64,000 bases of DNA, from NCBI GenBank assembly GCA_964016885.1, contig OZ024742.1, positions 279,186,001-279,250,000 on the forward strand, written 5' to 3'. Source of the DNA: Eledone cirrhosa. Taxonomy: Eukaryota. The notes under the pieces are model-generated. The model was not told the origin of the DNA, did not search any database, and was given only the letters and a program-made list of their open reading frames with translations. The number at the start of each line of letters is the position of its first letter. Position 1 is the stretch's first letter. The position numbers and the translations under genes were made by a program. Below are positions 1-15,066 of this stretch, piece after piece.

Positions 1-35
1 TTGTACATTCAGCTTGCTTTATTGTCAAACTTCTT

Positions 36-2680
36 TTGATCAAGGCACTTATTAGTCATCACCCCAATGGCCATTTTAATAGCCAAACATCCCGGCAAAT
101 CGGGAAAAATCTACATATTCTACAGATTAATGTAGTGGGTATGACGAGAGAGAAATGCGACTACTTGGCTAAAATAGCAAACGATCTTAATATAAATGTA
201 ATATTAATACAGGAAACCTATATTTGTGATGGCGAGGGCTGCTCTAAGCTTCACACCAATGGGTACAAGCTCATTGCTGCAGTACTCCACTCGAAATACG
301 ATTTTGCCATTTATATCAGGATATCAGGCATGCTATTACAGCATTTTCTGTTCCTGGTGAGTGCTGCATGGATTACATATTTGTTACTACTGTGAAATTC
401 GGGGATCTCATCATCACTAACGTGTACAAGTGTAACCTCTTCTCCTATCCGGAGCACCCACTACCCGTCATGGGTTTATGCCACAGACAACGTAGCTGCG
501 GAACAGTTGGAGGCATGGGCTTCAGCTTGTGGTCACTATATTCTCCATGATGCCAAACAACATGGCGCTTTCCATTCTTGTCATTGGAAGGATTACAAAC
601 CAATCATCAGCTATCTCCCGAAATCAATCAATGGACGTCCTGTTCGGGTTTTTCACCAAATACTCCCTCATTTCCCTCAGAGCCAACACAGAACACCTAT
701 TAATCATATCGGCATGGTCATTCCTGTTATACAACAAGTCTGAGTGGAAATCATTCAGCTCAGTGGTACAGGAACAAATCATCAACTTGGAACCTATTCC
801 CAAGAACTATATTTCATCTTGTAAGATTCGGAAGGAATATACGAAGGAACACATCCCGCAAGGTTTTCTTCAATCTTACAACCCATGCTGGAGCCCAGAG
901 TCTGAAGAGCTTCGCAAGAGCTATAAGGACTCGGTTGATCCAGACATTGTTATGGAACACTTACACTCTCTTGACTCAGCTGGACGCACATGTTGGCATG
1001 AAACGGTGGAAGTGTTGGATTTCACTCAGTCTGGTAGGAAAGCATGGAATCTCCTGAGGCGACTTGGTGCAGCATCTCCCATTCAGTACCAGCTACCAAA
1101 AGTAACTGCTAATGCAGTTGCATCACGCCTACTTCTCAACTCCAGGGTACTTTCAACCAAGGTATCATGCCAAGAATTCTTTAAGAATTTTTCAGAAATC
1201 ACCCCACTTGCTAGACCTTACTCCTTAAGTGAGATAGATACAGACCTTTCATCCACTAAAGCAGGCATGGCAGCAGGGGTCGACAGCATCTATCCTGAAT
1301 TCCTTAAGAACCACGGTCCACTTGCCCAATACTGACTGGCTCCTTTCTTCACTGTCACAGACAACTGGAGTTATCCCGAATATCTGGAGAGAAGTCAAGA
1401 TCATCACCATCCTGAAACACGGGAAAACTGCAGACGAACCTGGATATCTCTTTTGTACATCTTACACATTATTTGAACGGTTCCTTCTGTTTAGGCTCTG
1501 CCTTTTAGTAAAAGCAACCATGCTTAGAGAGAAAGTGGGATTTACATAGCAAAGGCGTTGCACTGATCAAGTCCTCACCTTCACCACCTTCATCGAGGCT
1601 GAGTAGCAACGAGGTCTCAAGACAGGGGCTGCCCTGGTCAACATCTCTTCTGCATGCGATATGGTACGAAGACGCGCCTCCTGAAGGACTTTGGTATCAA
1701 GTGTCAGGAAACTGTGAACATCTTTGTCTCCAAACTCAGTAACAGAAGATTCAGAAGACTACTACTACAGGCGCCTTCGACCCAACCCAAGCAAGACCAC
1801 TGCAACAGCCTTCCTTCTCAGTAGCAGACAAGCCAGATTAGAACTCAAAGTCTTCTTCTGTGGTAGAAATGTCAAGAATGAACCATACCCTAAATATTTT
1901 GCTATAACTTTGGATCGCAGCCTGATCTACAGAGTTCATCTAAAGAGGGTTATCGGAACGCTCAGGATCAGGATAAATATCATCCACAAGTAAGCAGAAA
2001 AGAGCAGGTGGTCTGATGCACACACACACACCAAACTGCGTCGTTATAATGCTCATACTCAGTTGCAAACTACTGTTCACAGTTCTGGGCAGGAAGCTGC
2101 CACGCCAAGCAAGTTCACACCATCTTCAAATAGGCTATGAAAATAGTTTCTGGCATACTGACTCTACATTTACTCATATAGCTCCTTGTCACACGCGGCA
2201 TCAAGTTATGATCCACCAAGCAGCAATTTTACAAAATTCAAGACCGAAATACTCTTCTAGTAAGACCTAGAGAACCTTCCCAATATGCGCTTGAAATCAT
2301 GCAAACTATTCTTGGAAACAATGAAGTACCTCCAGGACAATAACGTTGAACTGGAGGATGAGTGGGAAAGATCGTGGAATGAGTCCAAATATGCCAACCG
2401 AGGCCTCGTCCAGGACCGCAGATCTAAACCCACCAACTTTGACCTTCTCAGAAAGCAAAGAGTGTCTCTTAATCAGATCCACACAACACATACCATGGCA
2501 GCCCATTATGCCCTTCGAGCGAAAGAGAGCTCAGTATGTAACCGTAGGAAAAAGACCAGGCAGTATTTCATGTTATTCGGAATTGCCCTCTTAGACGTTT
2601 TCACTGAGGCCTGCAGGCAAGACATAATGCTACAAATGACGCCTTTATCTGGCTCGCTGGTGCATATGTCATACGAGTAG
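36..2680 (+). mobile_element. Decayed non-LTR retrotransposon (APE endonuclease + RT), Ingi/Vingi-like
   Basis: Frameshifted ORF pieces: APE N-terminus LQINVVG..VILIQETY; RT region KAGMAAGVDSIYPEFLKN, WREVKIITILKHGK, PKYFAITLDRSL; C-terminal FDLLRKQRVSLNQIHT. Followed by (CAT)n. Clade call is from recalled motif resemblance. Confidence 0.85.
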
Positions 2681-2682
2681 AA

Positions 2683-2943
2683 TCATCTTCATCATCATGA
2701 TCGTCATCATCATCATCATCATCATCACCGTCATCGTCCTCATTTTCATCATCATCATCATCATCATCATTATCATTCTCATCATCATCATCATTCACAT
2801 CATCATAATCATCCTCATCATTTTCATCATCATCATAATCATCATCATCATAAGCAGCAGCAGCAGCATCCTCATCATTTTCATCATCATCTTCCTCATC
2901 ATCATCATCCTCAATAGAGTGACCATTCTCGTCATGGTCATCG
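2683..2943. repeat. (CAT)n microsatellite, imperfect
   Basis: Direct read; abuts the LINE 3' end. Confidence 0.95.
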
Positions 2944-3204
2944 TAAATGTGTATTGCTCTAAATCAAATGCATTAAAACAAGACTGCGATGAATCGTGAA
3001 TCTAGAAAAAAAAAAACAGAACAAATATGAAATAATGCAAACGTAAAAAAGGATGGTGTTGTTGCTTGCGTCATTATTGTTGTTGTTGTTGTTGCTATTT
3101 GATTAGTTTGTGGTAGACCTCCACATGTATTGCAGCGAACAGTTGCTGTTGAATAATGAAGCGTGAAGCTGTGACTGACATACATCTGATGTGTGAAACA
3201 TGGA

Positions 3205-3273
3205 ACGACAGAGAGAGGGAGAGAGGAAGAGAGAGGGGGAGGAGAGAGAGAGAGAACGAAAGGGAGAAAAAAA

Positions 3274-3345
<72 letters not shown>
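3205..3345. repeat. (GA)n/(GAAA)n microsatellite
   Basis: Direct read. Confidence 0.95.
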
Positions 3346-4202
3346 TTAAAACAAAATGAATGAGAGAAAGAAAAATGGAAAGAGGAAAAGACAAATAATA
3401 AAAACAAGAATAGGAAGAGGAGAGACACGTCGAAGGCCAAAAAAGAAGAAAAAGTGAAAGAAAGAAAAAAAACAAGAAATGCAATGAGTGAAAGGACATA
3501 AAATAAATTTAAAACATTAGAAAGCTAGAAACAGAGCAAGAAATAAAGGAAAAATGAACGGAAGGAGAGAGTTGGATGAAGAAAAGAGAGAGAAAATAGA
3601 CCATTAAAATGTCAAATGTCAAAAACTAACAAACAGAATTTTAATTATGTCCTGCCGGCGTTCATTATTTAATTAATCATCTACTCGGACACCCTAGTTC
3701 TTTCATTATCTAAAGCTATCATCATTATTCTTTTCCTCCTGAAGCTAAAGAATATAAGAATAAAGATGAACATTTTTCAACCCAACGAAATGAAACTCGT
3801 CATGGCCTTGCTTTGTCAAAAATATTTGTGTAACTTTAAATCTTTTGCAGTAGGCCGTGCACTTTGGTCAAGAGGAGAACGGGCAGGTGAAGAGATGCAG
3901 CAGCGAGAGGCAAATAAAAACTAATGGGTTATAGATATAAATTGTATATTTATAAGGAATGTTGATTAATTTTTATTGGGGGTCTTAACACAAGCCCGAA
4001 AAGAGTGGGAACAATCCTAACAAACATATGTATTTATAATAGGTTATGTACTCTATAATATGCATATATATTGTTATATTTGTGGAGGATCATATTGGTA
4101 TAATATTGCCAGCAATAATAATAAATAATATGACCAACGTTAAATATAACAATATTAGTTTCATCATACGATTTCATATCAAAAACCTTGCAAAAGAAAT
4201 TC

Positions 4203-5341
<1,139 letters not shown>

Positions 5342-5585
5342 GTAATAATAAATTTGAAGACTAAAATCCAAAGAGGGCTCAATAAGGATAAATATATATC
5401 AAATATATAAGAACCGTAGAGCACATATTTATTAAAATAACAGATTAAAGTTTAAGCAAAGAATCGCTGCTTTCACCATTAACGGGATCTTCTGAAACTA
5501 ATAAAGTCAATCTGTCAACGCAGAACTGGATATTTCAAAAAACGTTGCAACCGGAGGAAGACAGGAAGACGATACTTTGGTTCGT

Positions 5586-5984
5586 GGAAACGTTCGCTGG
5601 CTAAGAACGGGAAAAAAACGAATATAATACGTTATTAATAGGAGCGGTGAAAAGCAATTACGCGCAAAGACAGAACCTCGTTTATGGTATAAAAGAGGTC
5701 GTAGACTACGCGTTTGTATTTATTTATTTCTATTACTTCTGCATTGTATGTATTTACTTTTTTCTTAACTCTGTAGCGGAGATTCATTCGGTCTCCTAGT
5801 TAGAATTTAGTCTACGACTTCTGCTATACCATTTAGGTGGTTTTGTCTTTGCGTGCTATTGTTCTCCTCGCTCCACATATGACGTAGTATCTTCGTTTTT
5901 TCCTTCATTGCCAGAGAACGTCTCTATGTCCCACCTAAGAGAACATTAGTCTACGACCTCTTTTATACCATGAACGTGGTTCTG
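5586..5984. repeat. Diverged inverted repeat with an extra partial copy
   Basis: 5586-5708 is the imperfect reverse complement of 5808-5926; 5947-5984 is a near-perfect reverse complement of 5671-5708. Confidence 0.75.
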
Positions 5985-5996
5985 GTTTTTTTTTAT

Positions 5997-6520
5997 CCCC
6001 CTTTAATAAGGTGTAGGGGTTTAGGTGTGTTGAAAAAATGTTAATAGCAGTAATGAGTTGAGACAGCGAGTCGGGTTGGGTGGGGAGAAATGTAGCAAGC
6101 GCGGCCTGCCCCGGTCATTCTCGAAAAATTCCTTTATTCAAGGGAAAAAGCTTTTAGTATTCCTTTGTATCGAAAATGGTCATAGGCAAACCACACCTGC
6201 CAAGCTTGTAAACAATTATTTTTTTCTGAAGAATTTTTCTACGTCCATCCCAAAATTAGTCCTTTGTTCAAAACACACATATGTGCGTATATACGTACAT
6301 ACATGGGCATATGTAGAAATATCAATCACACACCCATGTACATATACATCCACATACATACATAAAAACATATAAAGACACATATAAAAACACATATACA
6401 CATACGTACACACACGAATATGTAGTCATACCTCCACATGGGTATATATATATATATATACACATACATATACACATATATACACACATAAAGATACATA
6501 ACTAAATATACATATATACG

Positions 6521-6554
<34 letters not shown>

Positions 6555-6613
6555 TACACACACATACACACACACGCACATATACACACATATATATATA
6601 TATAGAGGCATAT

Positions 6614-6647
<34 letters not shown>

Positions 6648-6704
6648 ACATAAACACATACAGACACATACACACATATACATATATATACACATATATA
6701 TATA

Positions 6705-6752
<48 letters not shown>

Positions 6753-6801
6753 TATACACATACACATACAAACACATACATTCACACATACATACATACA
6801 T

Positions 6802-6832
<31 letters not shown>

Positions 6833-6907
6833 CATATACATACATACATATACATATATACATATATATATATATATGTACACACAAACACATAAAGACA
6901 CATATAT

Positions 6908-7000
<93 letters not shown>

Positions 7001-7134
7001 TACATACGTACATACATATACACATACAGAAACATACATATACGTACACACATATATACATATATGAACATACATACGCACACACACATATAGATACATA
7101 CATATACATACACACACATATAAACATATATCTA

Positions 7135-7204
<70 letters not shown>

Positions 7205-9940
7205 CAAATATACACATACATACATATAGATATATATATATATACATACACACATATATATATATATATATGTATACACACACACATACATACATACACA
7301 CATCCATACATATATATACACACACACACATAGACACAACCACATACATATACACCCACACGTACATACATCCATACATACCTACACACATATATGTGTG
7401 TGTCTCACCGTTCACTCAGATATTCATGTGTACACATAAGGGGGAGGGGTTAGTGAAATAGAATTTTACCTCCGAGTGTTAATTCATTTTTTCGTGTTCA
7501 GTAGTGGTTTACATTTTTCAATGAAGAATTCTTCTTTATATCTGCCGAAATGTTCGTTATCCGACCATATCTTCAAGAAAGGGAAGATTGTGAATTTTCC
7601 CTTCCCGCATGATGCAAAGTGTGCGCTACATGTGGTATTTCTGACTGTGGGGTCTTTAATTTGTTGTTTATGTACCCGGACTCTATCATGTAGTCCCGTT
7701 CCGGTTTCCCCAATGTACTACTCTTTACACTGTGGACATGTTGCGCAATATATTAGGTTTTTCGTTTTGCAGTTCATGTTTGCATTGACCTTGACATTAT
7801 CATGGTTTTTGAAGGACAACTGTTTGCCCTCTTCGATGAGTTCACAGGTTTCACATCTAGGGTCCCCGCATTTCGTCACTTCCATTGATTTCATGTTGGT
7901 CGTAAATTTTGCCTTGGTAATTAGTTTTTTAAGAGTGCATTCATTTTGGTAGCTTGCTGTAGAATCGGGAGATACTGCTTAGCAGTTTTCACAATGTTGA
8001 CGTTCCCTGGGTTGTGAGTGATGACAAAAGAAATAGCAAGGTTTTTTTTTATGCTGTGGGTTTGGTTTTCTCAGTGTTGTTATTGGGATGTTCTTAGCCT
8101 TGGAGATGGCTGCGTTGATGAGTTTCATCGGGTATTCTTGTTTTTTAAGGAATTTTTTCAGGTCACATAATCTTTTTTCTTGTAGTACGGGGTGTGTTGC
8201 TCTAGTGCAGATGCGCCTTGCCATGTTGAAGGGAATGTTCCTTTTCGTATGTGAGGGGTGTGCTGACCGGAAATTTAAGTATTGGTGTGTGTCAGTGGGT
8301 TTGCAAAATAGGTCCGTTATGATATTTTCCCCTTCTTTAATGATGAGGATATCTAGAAAGGGCAGTTCCTTTCCGTTACATTCCATAGTGAATTGTATAG
8401 CTTCATGAAGCCTCTTTAAGATCGAATAACATTTTTGTAGGTCTGTTTGGCTTCTGTTCCAGAAGATGAAGCAGTCATCTAGGTAACGTTTCTAGTTTTT
8501 ATTAATGTAGAAGGCGAAGTCGTGACTGAATGTTATCTGTAGTTGGGAATATAATTTTGCCTCTAAGTGACCCATAACGAGCGTTGCATATGTAGGGGCC
8601 ACTTTGGTACCCATGGCTGTTCCTTTTATTTGTAGATAAAGTTCGTTGTCAAAAAGGAAGTGGTTGTTTTCCAATACTAATTCGAGTCCTTCCAAGATGA
8701 ATTCTTTGGGGAATCTTTCTGAAATGTGACTTGAGTATTTTGTAATCCAGAAGTCCACAGCTTCAATCCCTAGGTCGTGTGGGATGTTAGTGTACAGGCT
8801 TATTACATCAAAACTGACTAGGATTGTATCCTGGTGTACTTTTGGGGGTATATAGTTAAGGAATTCCATATCATCTCTGATGTAGCTTGGAACTGTTTTA
8901 CATAGGGGTTTGAGTATGATGTCTAATAGGTTGATTAGACGTTGTGTGCTTGAGGCTGGGCCAGCAATAATGGGCGTAATTTTAAGTCTGTCGGTTTTGG
9001 TGCTTCGATGTATGATGTATTTTTCCCTTTCACCAGTGATTCTTCCTCGTATTGTACACCCTGGAAGAATTCTCCTAAGCGTAATTTTCGACAGTATTCT
9101 TCTGTGTCTTTTATAACATCGGCTGTATCTGCTTTCGGAGTGGGAGTGAACTTCAGTCCATTTTCTAACAGTTGTATTTCTGGTTGTGTTAATTTCTTGG
9201 CTGATATATTGATTATTTTTGGTTCGATTGGTTCTTTCTCGTCAGGTGACACTTGAAAGGTGGTGCTTTTTTTCTTTTTTCTTTCATTTGGTGCGAGGCC
9301 CCTAGTCCTAAAAAATGGGTGCCATTTGGGATAGGGGTGTTTCTGCAATAAGACTAAATTCCTTAAAAAACAAGAATACCCGATGAAACTCATCAACGCA
9401 GCCATCTCCAAGGCTAAGAACATCCCAATAACAACACTGAGAAAACCAACCCACAACATAAAAAAGAAAACCCTGCTAGCTCTTTTGTCATCACTCACAA
9501 CCCAGGGAACGTCAACATTGTGAACACTGCTAAGCAGTATTTCCCGATTCTACAACAATCTACCAAAATGAATGCACTCTTAAAAAACACACAGATAATT
9601 TATAGCAGACGCCAAGCACCCAACCTTAAAAAACTAATTACCAAGGCAAAATTTACGACCAACATGGAATCAATGGAATCAATTGAAAAATTTAAACCAC
9701 TACTGAACACGAAAAAATGAATTAACACTCGGAGGTAAAATTCTATTTCACTACCCCCCCCCCCTCTTCTTATGTGTACACATGAATATCTGAGTGAACG
9801 GTGAGACACAAACATATATGTGTGTAGGCATGTATGGATGTATGTACGTGTGGGTATATATGAATGTGGGTGTGTGTATGTGTGTGTGTGTATATATATG
9901 TATGGATGTATATATGTATAAGTATGTATGTGTATATTTG

Positions 9941-10022
<82 letters not shown>

Positions 10023-10144
10023 TATATGTGTGTGTATGTATATGTATGTATCTATACGTGTGTGTGTGTATGTATGTGCATATATGTATATATGTGTGTA
10101 CGTATATGTATGTTTCTGTATGTGTATATGTATGTATGTATGTA

Positions 10145-10193
<49 letters not shown>

Positions 10194-10220
10194 CTGTCTT
10201 TATGTGTTTGTGTGTACATA

Positions 10221-10251
<31 letters not shown>

Positions 10252-10458
10252 ATATATGTATGTATATGTATATATATATGTATATATGTATGTATTTGTA
10301 TGTGTATGTATGTATGTGTGTATGTATGTGTTTGTATGTGTATGTGTATATATATATATAAATATATATATATGTGTACATATATGTATATGTGTGTATG
10401 TGTCTGTATGTGTTTATGTGTATATATATTTATATATGTACGTGTGTGTGTATGCCTC

Positions 10459-10497
<39 letters not shown>

Positions 10498-11145
10498 ATG
10501 CATGTATGTGTGAACGGATGTATACATACGGACATATGTATATATGTGTGTGTGTGCATGTGTGTGTACACGTGTGTGTGTGTGTATGTGTGTATGTATG
10601 TGTATATATGTATATTTAGTTATGTATCTTTATGTGTGTATATATGTGTATATGTATGTGTATATATATATATATATATATACCCATGTGGAGGTATGAC
10701 TACATATTCGTGTGTGTACGTATGTGTATATGTGTTTTTATATGTGTCTTTATATGTTTTTATGTATGTATGTGGATGTATATGTACATGGGTGTGTGAT
10801 TGATGGTGTGTGCCTATATATTCCTACATATGCCCATGTGTGTATGTACGTATATACGCACATATGTGTGTGTTGAACAAAGGACTAATTTTGGGATGGA
10901 CGTAGAAAAATTCTTCAGAAAAAAATAATTGTTTACAAGCTTGGCAGGTGCGGTTTGCCTATGACCATTTTCGATACAAAGGAATACTAAAAGCTTTTTC
11001 CATGAATAAAGGAATTTTTCGAGAATGACCGGGGCAGGCCACGCTTGCTACATTTCTCCCCACCCAACCCTACTCGCTGTCTCAACTCATTACTGTTATT
11101 AACATTTTTTCAACACACCTACAACCCTACACTTATTAAAGGGGG
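5997..11145 (-). mobile_element. Penelope-like element with a long inverted duplication of its 3' portion
   Basis: Arms 5997-8155 and 9356-11145 are reverse complements, including their microsatellite patchwork. The minus-strand RT lies in the spacer and left arm. Confidence 0.9.
7485..9300 (-). pseudogene. PLE RT + GIY-YIG ORF, disrupted
   Basis: KIINIS..LLENGLKFTPTP; LVSFDVISLYTNIP; GTAMGTKVAPTYA; RYLDDCFIF; LPFLDILI; KPTDTHQYL; NLIYCATCPQCKE*YIGETG. Contains stops and deletions. Confidence 0.92.
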
Positions 11146-11452
11146 AGAACCCCCCCCCCCCCACCGCACCACAAACATGTTAAATCCCTATATATAGAAC
11201 AACACACCACATACACATCAGTTTGACAAGCGCACCTCAGCGTGAAAGGTCTTTCTAAAAACGAAACAATACCTCCTACGTTAACCAAGAACTCCTAAGA
11301 CCTAACCAACAACCAACGACTTAATTTATAAAAAATAAAAAAAAATAAAAAAAATTTGCTTCTAATCCGGAAAAAAATTATTTTTGGATTTTGTGAAGAA
11401 AATAAATTTGTTGAAAGCACAACTGAAGCCATTTTTTCTTCTCCCTGTCTTA

Positions 11453-11558
<106 letters not shown>

Positions 11559-11838
11559 TAAAATATGTCTTTAGAATCACTAGATATAATATATACCATT
11601 TCCTCCCCCAATTAGCATAATTAACCATATAAAAAATCAATTAGACAAAGCTATAAGAATAAAAGCTCCTATGAAGAAATCTCCGAAAAATAACCGAAAG
11701 CAGCCCCTTCGCGGCGGCAACGATAGATTATTTATCTAACATGTCTACAGCATATAAAAATCGACCAGATACACAGTCAACCAAACAGAATTAGGTGTAA
11801 AAATTGAACTTAGAAGAATTGTGTACATACAAAATTAC

Positions 11839-11910
11839 CTCTATCATGGTTTCATCCGTATTTTAAGACATCCGATAACGGAATGTCTAGAATTTCGGAA
11901 TCATCAGGAG
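11839..11910 (-). ncRNA. Type I hammerhead-like motif with extended stem II
   Basis: Minus strand: CTC CTGATGA T TCCG..AGACATTCCG ttat CGGATGTCT..CGGA T GAAAC CATG ATA GAG; one stem III mismatch. Confidence 0.7.
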
Positions 11911-12152
11911 CGAACTCAACATTCGACATTTAATTTTTCAAAGTGATCGCGCCAAAAATAGATTCAAAAATGGCTAAGAATCGTGACGTGGCAGCGGTCA
12001 AGTTAGAAAGGATGTGATTAGTTGCATACAGCGGGTAGGCTTAATGCTAGAAAGCGCAGCCTAATACCGCCAAATTATATCCTAACGGGATATTACATAT
12101 AAAGGTTTACATACATATATATAAAAAGTCATATATATATATGTGTGTAAAC

Positions 12153-12250
<98 letters not shown>

Positions 12251-12251
12251 G

Positions 12252-12310
<59 letters not shown>

Positions 12311-12317
<7 letters not shown>

Positions 12318-12740
12318 TAAACGGAATAGAAAATGCTGACAAATTGCTCACAGTTGAAAAATGGTTTAGTTAGGAATAAAAGAGTATTAGTGATTGTATG
12401 GGTTAGTATTCAGTTGTGGTTTTAAGTTTTTAAGTTTTTACCGGTTGAGCATTTCTAAATGCTTTTCAAAAATAATTTTGAGATAGAGTGTCCTTGCTGT
12501 TTGCTCTGATCAGAGCAGAGCAAACAGCACGGACACTCTATCTCAAAATTATTTTTGAAAAGCATTTAGAAATGCGCAACCGGTAAAAACTTAAAAACTT
12601 AAAACGTCAACTTTAACCCATACAATCACTAATACTCTTTTATTCCTAATTAAACCATTTTTCAACTGTGAACAATTTGTCACCATTTTCTATTCCGTTT
12701 ACCAATATATAATAACTTGTGTGTTACACCTCTATTCTTT

Positions 12741-12741
<1 letters not shown>
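12311..12741. repeat. Fold-back palindrome, family A (PLE 3'-end derived), between (TA)n tracts
   Basis: Arms of about 195 bp; axis at 12509/12510 in CTGATCAG; unpaired tail 12711-12741. Confidence 0.93.
12552..12588 (+). ncRNA. Variant minimal hammerhead (U3-A8, A13C), family A
   Basis: TTT TTGAAAA GCATTT ag AAATGC GCAAC CG GTA AAA; mirror copy on the other arm. Confidence 0.55.
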
Positions 12742-12820
<79 letters not shown>

Positions 12821-13026
12821 AGAAAAACCACAGACCCTCCATCTCAACTCTACTTTTGAAAAGCAGAAGAACTGCGAAACCGGTAAAGGAACCAAATAAA
12901 TATATATATATTTAAAAAAAAAATAAGACTCCAGTTGCATTTTCGATTTCATACTTTCATTCGTGTAGGACACCTCGGTTATTTTTTCATTTTGTTAAAA
13001 AAAAAACAAAAAAACTTCACTTTCTA

Positions 13027-13775
<749 letters not shown>

Positions 13776-13980
13776 TGTATATTACTACATGCAATTATAA
13801 AGAAAATCGTGAAGAATAATATTTCTATAATAATAGGGAGAACTACCTTGCCTGTATTTCTCCTCTGTGTATATATGATATTTATATTGAGCTAATTATC
13901 TTACAGGTAATTGGATAATATAAAATAATGCCCTTATCTTATTTATAATTCTATATATAAGTATAACTATATATATATAT

Positions 13981-14070
13981 AGGAACTTCGACGGCTAATT
14001 CTCTACTACCCTAAGTATTGAGTACTTTGGTGCGTTACGGTCCACCTGGTTCCTTACCATATTTCCTTCG

Positions 14071-14072
<2 letters not shown>
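13981..14072 (-). repeat. Family C terminal fragment
   Basis: Reverse complement of 16109-16180 and 28838-28910. Confidence 0.75.
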
Positions 14073-14109
<37 letters not shown>

Positions 14110-14590
14110 TATGTATACGTACATACATATATGTATACAGACGTACAGTACTATGTATATACATACATACATGCAGACACATATATATATACGTACGTAT
14201 AGGTTTACCGAATATTTATTATAATTCTCGGTTTGTTTGTAAACAAACAGCCGTTAATATGCATAAGGAAAGTATATACTTTCAAACGTTCAATTGACTG
14301 GCAGGAGGGTATACGGTGCTGATGCCAGCTAATAAGCTACAAACTAGTTCATCGTTCCTTTGTCAGTGTTGAACAAATGGCAACGATGGTTGCCGAACAC
14401 TGTGTGGCTAATAATTCGGGGTGTTTGTTTACAAACAAACCGAGCATTATAATAAATGTTCGGTAAATCCATACGTACATATATATATGTGTGCATGTAT
14501 GTATATACATACTACTGTACGTCTGTATACATATATTTAAGTAACAGACGTACTAAGAGTGAGAAATGAAATTTCAATTTTTCCATTTAT
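14110..14590. repeat. Family B pLTR-like unit with a short inverted arm
   Basis: 14110-14249 is inverted relative to about 14423-14540; homologous to 26690-28008; degenerate HHR at 14314-14354. Confidence 0.85.
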
Positions 14591-15011
14591 ATATATACAT
14601 AAAGAATAATTGTATTTGTATCTTTGTGTTTGTCATTCAATTATTGTTAACATTAACATCTCTATACTCAGGTTCGAAACCGTCTATAGACATGGATTGG
14701 TCATCACATCCGGCATTCAATTAGTAACTTCGAGTGTCTTCTGCTGCATCAACTAACAGGAGGTTACTGCACGAGTCAAAGACCGAGTACCACATTCCAA
14801 AGAATCTTCACAAAAGAACTGAATGCAAAAGTGACTGCAATTCAGCAAAAAGCCAATCATAGAAACGCTTGAGCAGCTTTTATTTTATCTTCCTCATGAC
14901 ATTATGACATTATTTTAATATGGTTTATGTATGTGCATATATTTCTCTCATATTTCTCTGTGTAGTATTGTTTCATTTGAAATAATAAATATTGATTATA
15001 TATATACGCAT

Positions 15012-15065
<54 letters not shown>

Positions 15066-15066
<1 letters not shown>

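Noticed and set aside
2601-3499. Poly-Asp/Ile and ERKK/FFLS ORFs
   Set aside because: Translations of (CAT)n and (GAAA)n repeats
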